Under the pieces are notes generated by a model that was given only the letters and a program-made list of their open reading frames with translations, ran no database searches and was not told the origin of the DNA. Shown in pieces: positions 1 through 12,400 of a stretch of 64,000 bases of DNA. Made by a program: the position numbers and the translations under genes. The DNA is taken from the NCBI GenBank assembly GCA_013265495.1, contig MU058226.1, positions 22,741-86,740 on the forward strand, read 5' to 3'. The DNA comes from Vicugna vicugna. Taxonomy: Eukaryota. Position 1 is the first letter of the stretch, and every line of letters begins with the position of its first letter.

Positions 1-409
1 AAATAAAAAAAAAAAAAAAAAGATCAAGATGAGAAAGGCAAGCCACCTGCCCAAGGGCACATAACCAGTCATCCCACAGCGAGGGGCTCTGTCTCCTGCC
101 TGCAAAGCCTGCAGGTTTTCATCTCCCCACCAAGGTCACTACTGAAGGGACCCTGCGTCCCCAGTCCAGGCAGGGCTCAGGTGCAGTACTCCTACCAACA
201 GCTCCATGTACTGTTTTCAGTTTGGAAAAGGTAGCCACTCCAGATAGAACCGTCCCAAGGAATGGTAAAACTGAGGATGAGGGAACAAGGCAGAGAGGGT
301 ATGGGAGGGAAGGGAAGTAAATATGGAAATTAGACACAGATAACCTGGAGGGAGAGCTGCGTCATCTCAGAGGAGCTGGAATTTGTGCCTCCTCTGTCCT
401 TCACCTCAG

Positions 410-3400
410 GTGAGCAGTGCCAGCTTCGGGACTTCTGCTCAGCCAACCCCTGCATCAACGGAGGGGTGTGTCTGACCACCTACCCCCAGATCCAGTGCCG
501 CTGCCCACCTGGTTTCGAGGGCCATGCCTGCGAACATGACATCAACGAGTGTTTCCTGGACCCAGGACCCTGCCCCAAGGGCACGTCCTGCCACAACACC
601 CTGGGGTCCTTCCAGTGTCTCTGCCCCACCGGGCGGGAGGGGCCACGCTGTAAGCTCCAGCCAGGACCCTGCCCCACCAGCGGCTGTCTCAATGGGGGCA
701 CCTGTCAGCTGGTTCCAGGGAGAGACTCCACCTTCCACCTCTGCCTGTGTCCCCCAGGTGCGTCCTCACAGGGCTCTTCTGGGCACCGAGGTGGTCTCCC
801 GTGGGTCCCCTTTCTCAGCTGATCACATGACCCTGACAGGTTTCACAGGCCCAAGCTGTGAGGTGAATCCAGATGACTGTGTGGGGCACCAGTGTCAGAA
901 CGGGGGCACTTGCCAGGATGGGCTGGCCACCTACACCTGCCTCTGCCCAGAGGCCTGGACAGGTGAGTCATTGAAGCCAAGTCGATGGCACCAGTGGCCC
1001 AGACGGTCGTCCCTTGTTCTCCCCTCCCCACAGGGCCCCAGCTCCAGCACCCGTCCCCTTCCCACCCCCTGCAGGCTGGGATTGCTCTGAAGATGTGGAT
1101 GAATGTGAGGCTCGGGGTCCTCCTCTCTGTAAAAATGGAGGGACCTGCCAGAACTCAGCTGGCAGCTTTCACTGTGTGTGCGTCAGCGGCTGGGGAGGCA
1201 CGAGCTGTGAGGAGAACCTGGACGACTGTGCTGCAGCCACCTGCGCCCCAGGATCCACCTGCATCGACCGTGTGGGCTCCTTCTCCTGCCTCTGCCCACC
1301 TGGCCGCACAGGTGTGGCGTGGGGGGCACAGGGAGGTGGGAGATGGGGATGGCACGTGAGCAAAGCACGAGGAGGGCAGCTGGGGGCTTCAAGCAGCCTC
1401 TGAGAGCCTCGCCCACCTGCCCTCCAGGCCTCATGGGGGGTGGGAGGTGGGGATGGCACGTGAGCAAAGCACGAGGAGGGCAGCTGGGGGCTTCAAGCAG
1501 CCTCTGAGAGCCTCGCCCACCTGCCCTCCAGGCCTCCTGTGCCACATGGAGGACATGTGTCTGAGCCGGCCGTGCCACGGGGAAGCCCAGTGCAGCACAA
1601 ACCCCCTGACGGGCTCCACTCTCTGCCTGTGTCAGCCTGGCTACACCGGGCCCACCTGCCACCAGGACCTGGACGAGTGTCAGATGGGTGAGGCACCCCT
1701 CATCAGACCCTCTCTGAGCCCCAGACAGGCTCTGCACTGAAGAGAGAAACAGGCAAATTGCTTTTCAAATTAAAAACATAAACATCTCCTCTTTCCTGAA
1801 TTTGTCCAGATTTGGCATCTCTTCCCTACACAGTCTTTTCACCAACGCTCAGCCCTCCAGGCCCCAATGAGTCCTTCGCCTTCTTAAAGACACAAGCCCT
1901 TTCCCCACTTGGGTCTCGTCTGCCACAAACAGACCCCTCATAGTGTCCCTGCCAGTCTGGCCTCCTTGCCCTCCCGCCCCGACCCCTGTGGACCCCTGGT
2001 TCTTCTCTCCCTGCAGCCCAGCAAGGCCCCAGTCCCTGTGAACATGGCGGCTCCTGCTTCAACACGCCCGGCTCCTTTGAGTGCCTCTGTCCCCCTGGCT
2101 ACACGGGATCCCGCTGCGAGGCTGATCACAATGAGTGCCTGTCCCAGCCCTGCCACCCGGGCAGCACCTGCCTGGACTTGCTCGCCACCTTCCACTGCCT
2201 CTGCCCACCAGGTACCAGCAGAATGGGGCCTCGGGTAGAGGAGACAGGGCACTAACCCACGGGGTGTGACCTCTCTGGAGCCTAGATAGCCTCAGGTCAG
2301 TTGGGGTCAGTTACCAAAGAATGTTTCTCCTCCTCTCCCCACCCCCAGGTGAAAACTCTGGAGACCGATAGCCCCTAAGAGAAGGGCGGCCACAGACGTA
2401 GTGAGGTTGTGCACTGCTCTACTCTTGGGGGAAGAGGACGTATTCACTTCAAAGTCATTAAGGGTGCACAGCCTGGTCCATTGGACCCAGAGGCCCATCA
2501 GGGGAAAACAGAATAGCGGTTAACAACTTTTCACGCTGCAGCCTCTGCTCATGCCAATCCAGAATGTTCCTTCTAATCACAGGAACTCTCTCCTGGAGAG
2601 ATCAAGAGTAAACCCTTAAAACCCCAAGGGCGTGTGTGCTTGAATTTGGTACAACAGGAAAGAATGCTGCAAGGCTGCGCCTCCGTACAAGTTAGTGTTA
2701 AGAGGGGAATTATCTCCCCAGGGAGACAGCAACAGAGCCAATATCAAGGAGCTGAATGAAACCAGAGAAATAACAGCTTACTCTGTGCCAGGTATTGCCT
2801 GAGCCTCTTACACGCATTATCTAATCTTGACAATAACCCTATGAGGTCAACATCGTTACTATGCCCATTTTATAAATGAAGAAACTGACTTGTCCAAGGT
2901 TGCCCAGCTAGCAAGTGGCAGAGCCAGGATTCAAACCCAGGGTTTTGATAGTTTTAACCACTGCACTATACAGCCTTTCTATGCTGAGAGCATCCAACGA
3001 AAAATGCTGGGAAAACTACCCAGTAGTCCAAGGGACAAGGTTGTAGATAACACGGAGCTTCAGAGGCAGGCTCCCCAAGCAAGAAGAGGGAGGCGACTGA
3101 GGTCCAGAGGCTGGTCCAGCTTCAGTTCAGGGTGAGACAGTGGAGACCAGGATGAGGCCAAAGACACAGGACAAATATGGGAGCAACACAGCTTCCCAGA
3201 TGCCCTTCAAATGCCCACCTTGGGGATCCCTGGTCTCCCTGGCACAGAGGCCTGTCCAGGTAGAACAAGAGGAGTAAGCCACCTCCAAGTAGATGCTCAT
3301 TTGTCACACTGGCACCTCGAGAACCTGCCGGGGCTGATCAGCTACCCTTCCCCCCATCCCGGGTGAGCCCTGCCTTCTGTGCACAGAGGAATAGCCCCAA

Positions 3401-6400
3401 AAGACACTTCCCGGGAGCCCTCCCACAGGTCCCCACAGGCGCCCTGCTCGCTGAGCTTTCACACTGGAGGGAGCAGAGCCACACACAGCAGAGCAGCGGA
3501 GCCTCGGGTTCACCTCTCCAGCCCCCATGCAGATGGCACCCTGGGAGGGGCTGCCTGATGGAGGCACACAGCAAGTCAGGGACCAGGCTGGTTCTGGGAC
3601 CCGGGCCTCCCGGGCAGAAGGGGTGAGCAGCCAGGGTAAGGCTGGCGTGGCTGAGCCTCACCCCTGACCGCACCTCTACACCCTCAGGCTTCGAAGGGCA
3701 GCTCTGTGAGGTGGAGACCGATGAGTGTGCCTCTGCCCCTTGCCTGAACCAGGCTGACTGCCACGACCTGCTCAGTGGCTTCCAGTGTGTCTGCCGGCCC
3801 GGTGAGTGCAGATTCCAGTCCAGCCCCCTCGGCCCCGTGGGCTCCTGAACCTCCACAGTTCAGACCTGACAATCGCCCGGGGCCTCTTGAAGCTCCCTCT
3901 AGCCTGGCCAAGGAATCCCCCATTTCTCCAGCTTCTCCTCTGCTCTCCAAGCTCTCTTCCATTACATCCCCCAAATCCTCCATTGCTTACTCGCCCACCT
4001 CATCTCTGTCCGGCCAGATCACCCAATGTCCCTCCTCTCCAGCCCTCCTTCAGAGTCCCCTGTATGCTCTCCCTGCCTGCCGGGGCTGCCGGGCTGGTCT
4101 TCCCTCCAGGGACGCAGGGAAATTTGCCCCAGGCCTGCCTTCTCCAGCTTCATGGAACACCCCTGTGTTCCCTGCTATGATAATAACTGAGGTTTATTGA
4201 GTATTTACTCCAGGCCAGGCACATGGCCATGTACTTTTCAGGCATTGTCTCCTTGAATGCTTTCAATGGTATCATGAGGTAGGTTCTGTTATTATTTCTC
4301 TTTTACAGTGGAGCCCAGAGAGGTTGAGTAGCTTGCCCAAAGTCACACAGCCAGCAGGTGGTTGAGCTTCACCTTTTCTGCATCACCCTTCTGTCACCTC
4401 GACCTGCCCTAGGTGTCTTCTCTGGAAACTTTTCCAGGTTCCTCTTTCCTGGCAAGGGGAAGGGCCAGGACTTGTATTTATGCTTTCAGTAAAATGTGTT
4501 TTCAACATTAGTACACATATCCAGTTATGCCTTATTTAAATGAAGAATAAAATTACCAAGTTATGCTCCATTATGTCCTGAAATCCACATCACTATTTGA
4601 GAAGCCCCCAAATTGGTCCCTTTATTACATGATACATTTAGACAAAACCCCAAACCAAACTATTTAAAACAAGAGTCTCTCCATTGCCATTTGTAGCGAT
4701 GTTGTTTCTATATTTGCCAAGAGAAGACTAACAGCAGTGTTAACTCTCAATTTCTTGTTTGAATCCATGAAATCATGCCTGTAAAGCTCAAACACTTGTA
4801 ACAAACTCTCTAATAAATCTACAGAAAAAAAAAAAGACCTTTGCCACCTCTCCTCCCCCCGGCTCCCCACCCCACCAGGATTCACCGGCCTGCGGTGTGA
4901 GGAGGACATAGACGAGTGCAGAAGCTCTCCCTGTGCCAACGGTGGGCAGTGCCGGGACCAGCCTGGATCCTTCCACTGCGAGTGTCTCCCAGGTAAACTG
5001 GGGCTCAAACACTGGAGGAGAGAGAGGGCAGGGGCAGAGTCCGTGCAGCCCTGGCCCTCCTGTTGTGCCACAGGCTTTGGAGGCCCGCGCTGTCAGGCGG
5101 AGGTGGACGAGTGTCTGAGCGGCCCATGCCCTGCTGGAGCCAGCTGCCTCGATCTCCCAGGAGCTTTCCTTTGCCTCTGCCCGTCTGGCTTCACAGGTCA
5201 GCAGGGGAGGCACTGGAAAGAACCGGAGGGATAATGAAATCCACTGTGGGTGGAGCAGAGGTCATTGATGGATGTTGGAGGACTGGGATGTGAGAACAGA
5301 ATGAGAATGGGACCCCTTAAAGTTCTGCAGTGCAAAACCTGCACAACCATACAGGGGCTGAGGGCAAGTGTTACTGTAGGGCCCACACCGGGCCCAAAGT
5401 GAATGGCATGATTGGGGATCAGGAGTGGAGGATGGGATTCAAAGGCAAAACATTCATTTGCTTATTCAGCAAACATTTATTAAGTACCTACTATGCACTT
5501 AATAGACACAGACACAGACACAAAGTTGAGTAAGAGATGCTGTCCCCAAGTGACCTTAAATCTACTGCAGAGAGACCAAGTCTCTCGTTGATTATGGCCC
5601 AGAGACGTGCTCTGAGAGAGGAATGCACAGGATCCTATGGGAACACAAAGGACGGGCTAACCCAGACTAGAGATGGGAAGCCTTCATGAACAGAGTCTGA
5701 AGGACTGAGCAGGAGTTTGTTGAGACAGAATGCAAGACAGCACGTTTTAGCTGCAGATGACGGCATGTGCAAAGGCACAGAGGGAAGAAAAGCGTACCTG
5801 ACTCAAGGGACTGTAGGAGCCCAGAGCTTAGGGTACAGTGGGGCAAAGGTGAGAAATGCAGCAGTCGCAGGAAGGTCACGTCGTGCAGGGCCCCGCGTGT
5901 CATTCTGAGGAAGTTAGTATCCCAAGGCAACAGGGAGCCACTGAAGGACGGGTCCTTGGGGAGGAAGCAAGTCATGCATAAGAAGTGGCCTTTGGCCCCA
6001 TCAAAGACAGGGAGGGACTCTGTTTTCTCTCTGACCCATCTCCCCACCCAGGTCATCTCTGTGAAATTCCCCTGTGTGCCCCCGACCTGTGCCAGCCCAA
6101 GCAAACATGCCAGGATCAGGAGGACGAGGCCCCCTGTCTCTGCCCCAGTGGAAGCCCTGGCTGTGCCCCCGCTGCAGACAACTGCACCTGCCACCATGGG
6201 CACTGCCAGAGGTAACATCTTCCGGGCCCTCCCCATTTACAGTCTCCTCTGGGTCCTCCTCAGCTAGGGCAGGAGAAGACAGCCAGTGAGGTGTGAGCCC
6301 GTAGGAAATGGCCAACAGGGACTAGGAAGGAGATGGCAAAGTTCTGGGGTCACAGCCAATGGGAGGGCTCAGCTGGTGAATGCTATCCAATGAGGGGAGA

Positions 6401-9400
6401 GTTCATAAATAATGAGGGAAACAGAGGACCAGGGCTGGGGCTGGTCAAAGCAGAAAGCAGAGTAGTATTAAATCCCAGGACCAATTCGTTTCACCACTTC
6501 TTAGACAAATACTTACTGAGCGTCTACTATGTGTGGATACTTTTCCAGGCACTGGAGAACAGTGCAGAACAAAAGAGACGCAGTATCTGCTCTCATGGTG
6601 CTTTGGTTCTAATGAGCAAACACAGCCAATAAACAAGCTATGCACAGAATATAAAGAGAAATGTACTTGGAGAAAATGGGTGGAGCAGCTGGGGCAGAAG
6701 GGGGACAGTGCTGAGAGCAAAGCCACTGAGGAAAGGCCAGAGTCTCAGGGCCAACAAAAGAAGAGGTCATAGGGTTCTGACCAATGGGGAGGGGAGAAGA
6801 GAAAAACATCAGAAGAGAAAACCCTCCCCTTCCTCTCTGTGACCAGATCTTCGTGTGTGTGTGATGTGGGTTGGACAGGACCGGAGTGTGACTCAGAGCT
6901 GGGGGGCTGCGTCTCCACGCCCTGTGCCCATGGAGGGACCTGCCACCCCCAGCCCTTTGGCTACAACTGCACCTGCCCCACAGGCTTCACAGGTGAGCTG
7001 CTCCCTAAACCACATATACCCTGGGATGACCACCCTCTAAATCAAGGGCAAGGCCAGTGCAGGCCTGTGTCCAGGGGCTCTGGGTCTCAGTCACCACCAA
7101 GAACTGGGCACGGGCAGCAGGGGACATGGGTGATGTGTGGGAGGTGGTGACAAAAGAAAAGAGGTTGGATGGGGGAGAAGAGTGGCGATGGGGACGAGGA
7201 GGGGAAGGAAAGAGAAAGGGAAGAGGAGGAAGAGAGGAGAAAAGGACAAGTCCCCTTCTCAGACCCTACCCACTTCCCTCAGGGCCCACGTGCAGTGAGG
7301 AGGTGACAGCTTGTTACTCAGGGCCCTGTCTCAATGGTGGTTCCTGCAGCCCCAGCCCTGGGGGCTACTCCTGCACCTGCCCTCCGAGCCACACTGGGCT
7401 CCACTGCCAGATCAGCGTCGACCACTGTGCCTCTGGTGAGTGCCCACAGTGTCTGGGGCTGGGCCACAGGACAATGCAGAAATTGGTCAGGGTATGTTTG
7501 TGCCATAATTTTTAAAAACTTAACTGGATGCCGCAAGCCGGCGTTTGGGTGAGGAAGTGGCGGTGGGAGCGCTGTCCTGTGTGCAGTGTGACTGAGGTCA
7601 CAGGCCAGGTTACAGGCAGGGAACCCAACCCCTCACAGCCTCCTCTCTCTAGCACCGTGCCTCAATGGGGGCACCTGTGTGAATAGGCCCGGCACCTCCT
7701 CCTGCCTCTGTGCCCCGGGCTTCCAGGGCCCACGCTGTGAGGGGAGGATCCGTCCCAGCTGCGCAGACAGGTGAGCAGGGCACAGAGACCCCTGCCTCTC
7801 CATCTCCTCCGGGGCTCCATGCTGCCTCTCCTCCTATATCCCACACCCTCTCACTCAGCCCTCCCTCCTGTTTTCCCCTCCCCCTCACTGAGGCCCTCCT
7901 GCCCCCCCAGCATCACACACTCCCTCCCCTTGTTTCCCAGACCCTCCTCCTACCACGCCTTCTTTCTTATCCAGCCCCTGTAGGAACTGGGCAACCTGCC
8001 AAGATGGCCCTCAGGGTCCCCACTGCCTCTGCCCCCCTGGCTACACAGGAGGTAGCTGCCAGGTGAGGGGCACTGAGCCAGGTGTGCTGAGGAGGGGGTG
8101 GCTAGAGAGCTCCAGTGAGAGGGTCTCAGGTATTAAAAGGTGGGCAGCAGGGAAGCTTAGGAGAGGTGTCCACATGAAAGGAGGTTTGGGAGTCTAGGAG
8201 TTGGGGTCTAACTTGAGATTTGAATGGAGTTGAAGGACTGAGAGGATTTCTGATCCCAGGGACTGTTCTGGGATGTGGGTGTCAGAGGAAACCAGAGAGG
8301 GTAAACTGGTCCCAGACCATCCAGGAAAGAGTTTTAGAGATAAGGGATTTTGAGGATCTGGCAGAGGACCATCTCCGAACCTGATGCTCTTTCCTGCCTC
8401 ATGCTCCCTCCTGACCCTCAGACGCTGATGGACTTATGTGCCCAGAAGCCCTGCCCACACAATTCCCACTGCCTCCAGACTGGGCCCTCCTTCCAGTGCC
8501 TGTGCCTCCAGGGATGGACTGGGCCTCTCTGCAACCTTCCGCTGTCCTCCTGCCAGAGGGCTGCTCTGAGCCAAGGTACCAACCCAAGGACCGACTAGGG
8601 AGCAGATGGAGAGAAAAGGGTGTCCTCCTCTACCTCATCCCTAAGGACATCCACACACAACATTCAGCCAAACAACCAAGAGTCCAGGTAACACAGACCA
8701 ACCAGTCACGGTGCCACAGCTCAACACCCAGGACAGCCTAACACAACTCAGCTCCTAGCACCACATTCAACACAACTCAGGCAACATCAACCAGCCCAGT
8801 CGACGAGACTCCTATTTAACACAACCACCTGGGACAGAAAGTGTGGAACAACTCAACATTGCCATTACCACCATAACTCAACTGCAGTGAACCACATTTA
8901 ACCCAACTATGCTCAACATACTTCACCATGCCCTGCTCACTTGGATGTTATGCCAACCCCTGGTACAAGAATACCACCCCCGCCTTGATCAAATAAATTT
9001 TGATATGAGAAGAACTCAGGAGACTATTGCGGGGTCCGGGGATGGTCAGTGGGAATCACTGGGAGAGAATATGCGAGGATGCAAAACCCAGGGGACAGAA
9101 AGGCCATTAGTTAAGTCACATGCCCCCACCTTAAAAATAAAATTTAACAATTAGAGAAAAAGGGCAGTTGAGATTTCTTTAAAGCCAAGAATACAGCTGT
9201 TTATAATGCTCTGATAAGCCAGAGGAGAGGTATTCCTCTCCATCTGACAGATCAGGCAGGAGGGGGAACTTGGTATTTTAACCTCTTCAGCGTCAGGAGT
9301 TACAGACTCCTCAGGCTCCCAGGAATGTTAGTGGCACCCACTCGCCTCTCTGCTCAGCGTTTGGGGCCCCTGAGCATCCTTCCACCCCATTTAGCTTTAT

Positions 9401-12400
9401 CAGTCCCTGTTTGTCTCTCTTCCCAGGCACAGAAATCTCTTCCCTGTGCCAGAATGGAGGCATCTGCATTGACAACGGCCCCTCCTACTTCTGCCACTGT
9501 CCCCCCGGATTCCAAGGCAGTACCTGCCAGGACAGGGTGAACCCATGTGAGTCCAGGCCTTGCCAGCACGGGGCCACCTGCGTGGCCCAACCCAATGGTT
9601 ATCTCTGCCAGGTGAGAGGGTCTAGAGGAGCTGGGGGAGACAAAGGTGGGCTGGCTGTGGGAAACAACAGTCGTGGGTCAGAATGGGGGATGGGGCATTT
9701 TCCTTTCACTTCCCCCACACATCCCACCAACCACCGAGTCGTGCTGCTTACCTCCTAGTACTTCTCAGCTCTGTCCTTGCACCCGCACCCTCATCGCCCT
9801 GCCTTTGTCCAGGCCTTCACTGCCTTCCACCCGGATCTCAGCCTCCTAACTATCATCCAGCCTCACACTTGTCCTCCTAAAGGTTCAGCCTCTGCGCCAC
9901 TACCAGGGAGCTTCGTTGAAAATATTAAGCTGACCTGTCGCTCCCCTACTTAAAACCCTTCAGTGGCTGCCCACCTCTTTGATAATGAAGTCCAAAGCCC
10001 TGCGTGACCCAGCCCCGCCTGCCTCTCCGGCCTCATCTCTCCCCACCCCCACCCTCCTCCCTTACTTCTGCAACACAAAACTGCTGCTGGCTTCCCCCCA
10101 CCCCAAACTGGCTCTTTGATGGCCTTCCTCACCCCTCTCCCAATGGATGGTGCCCCGGAGGCGCTGCCTCAGGAAAATGTCCCGAACTTCTCTCCAGACT
10201 GGGTTACAGCCCCTCCTTGGTGGTTTGAGTCACTGAGCAGGAGAGGGAGGCAAAGCTGGGGTTCAAGTCCAAGCAACCTGATCCTTGTACTCAGAACCAC
10301 GACTTTGGCTAGAAGGCATGAAGCAGGTCCGCCAACTGCCCTTTTTCTCTAACTGTTAAATTTTATTTTTTACCTTATTCTTATGAGCATTTTCAAACTG
10401 ACACAAAAGCAGTGTGCTGATTAGCAGTGAACCCTCATACACCTAATACTCAGCTCTGCTTCCCTGCCCATAAAACTCCTTCTTCCCAAAGCTTCCAAGA
10501 CACCCCCCTTGCCTGCTTCTTCCAGCCCTCTGGCCGCTCCTCAGATTCTCTGTGAATCCCTTTTTCTCCATCATATTTCTGAAGCCCTGCTGGGACTCCA
10601 TTCTCACATACCCTCCTTCCCACTGCAAGAACTCTGCACGTGGTACAGCCATCATCAATGGCCCTCTCACTAGCAGAAAGATCTGAAACAACCGGAAAAC
10701 GGTTAAGGCATCAGCAATGGAGTCCTTGACTTGCCCTACCACCTACTGCTGTGTGGTTTGCCCAAGTCAAGGAATTAGTTTCCTTTTTCTGTAAAGTGAG
10801 AATCAAATGAGATGGCCCATGTAGAGGGTTTTGGGAAGGTTTGTGAGGTTATGTACACAAAGCATGCAATAAATTCTAGCTGCCTCTCTCCTCTGGTTGA
10901 CTGAGGACTTCATGAAAGCAGGGATGTGTTCTAATTTCCTTTGTATTCCTAGTGCCTAAAACGGTGCCTGGCACAAAGTAGGCATTCGATGAAGGTTTAT
11001 AAATTAATTAATAAAGCATGACAGAGCCCGGTGGATGTGTGGTTGAGGGAGGAAGGTTTGACCAAAAACGGAGCTATATTTACTGGCAATGTAGCATAGA
11101 AATTGTTTGTGGCTGGGAAGGGATTAAGTTTCATATTATTGAGCAACTGTGTATCATGTGGAGTTGAGATAAAGGGTTAAGCTACCATGGCTGTGGTGGA
11201 TGCTGAGCTGAGTGATGCTTTGAGCTGGAGGCGGGGAGCTAGGCAGACTGTCTTGAGCTAGTCCCCTATGGTGCCAGGATGGGCTCATTTACTGGTTCCC
11301 TGTCTGACCCTCTTTGCCTGCAAGTGTGCACCAGGTTACAGTGGACAGAACTGCTCAAAGGAGCCCGACGCTTGTCAATCCCAGCCCTGTCACAACCATG
11401 GGACCTGCACCCCCAAACCTGGAGGCTTCCACTGTGCCTGCCCTCCAGGCTTTGTGGGGCTGCGCTGTGAGGGGGACGTGGATGAGTGTCTGGACCGGCC
11501 CTGTCACCCCACAGGCACTGCAGCCTGCCACTCTCTGGCCAATGCCTTCTACTGCCAGTGTCTGCCCGGACACACAGGTAAGGCCTGGGACGAGGGGTGT
11601 AGGCATCTCTGTGCACAGATGAACTGACCATGGAAACCCAGACAATCCCCACCCACGAGGCAGCCTAGTCATCTGGTCTATCCCCCTGCCTCCACGCCCC
11701 CCCACCCCCACCCAGAGAATATGCCCCATGATCCCTTTGTCTGTGCAGCCAGTGCTGGGCTGACTCCCAGGAATGCGCTAGGAAGGAGGCAGCCAGTGAA
11801 GTAGAGAGTTACGTTTAATCCTACCCTCGCCCCCAGGCCAGTTGTGTGAACAGGAGATAGACCCCTGCCAGAGCCAGCCCTGCTCCCACGGAGGGTCTTG
11901 TGAGACCACACCAGGACCACCCCAAGGATTCACCTGCCACTGCCCCCAGGTGAGTGACCACAGAGCTGCTTTCTCTGTCGCCCCGATGCTGACGCAAGGT
12001 GAGAATGTCTGAGCCAGAACCTGGTGGAGCAACGGAGTGGGAATTATTGAAGAAAACTGTCTCATGTTCACAGTGGTAAGTGGCTCTCAGAAGCGGTAGT
12101 GGGGAAAGGCAGGATCCAGTGGGAGCATGAATGGAATTATCAGAAGTATGGGCATTGCCTAAGGGAAGGTTCCCCCAGGTCAAGCTGGATGTCCTTGGAT
12201 AAATTCTTTTAACTCTGTGTATTTGTTTATTGACCTCAGATGCACCAAACTGGGTTAATCTTAAAAACTTGGTTCATGATACACTAACGTACAAACTAAC
12301 ACTGGTTTCTGCACAGCCTTCTTTTACTTTATTATACTTACAAGATAACATCCATGAAAAATAAAAAAATTTTTAAAAAGATAACACTCATGAACTAAAC

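Noticed and set aside
1..21. Poly-A run at the window start
   Set aside because: Probably the tail of a retroposon outside the window; cannot be classified.
11321..11324. AAG acceptor in NOTCH4 (also in PPT2 at 48644-48646)
   Set aside because: Uncommon but normal; reading frames are preserved.
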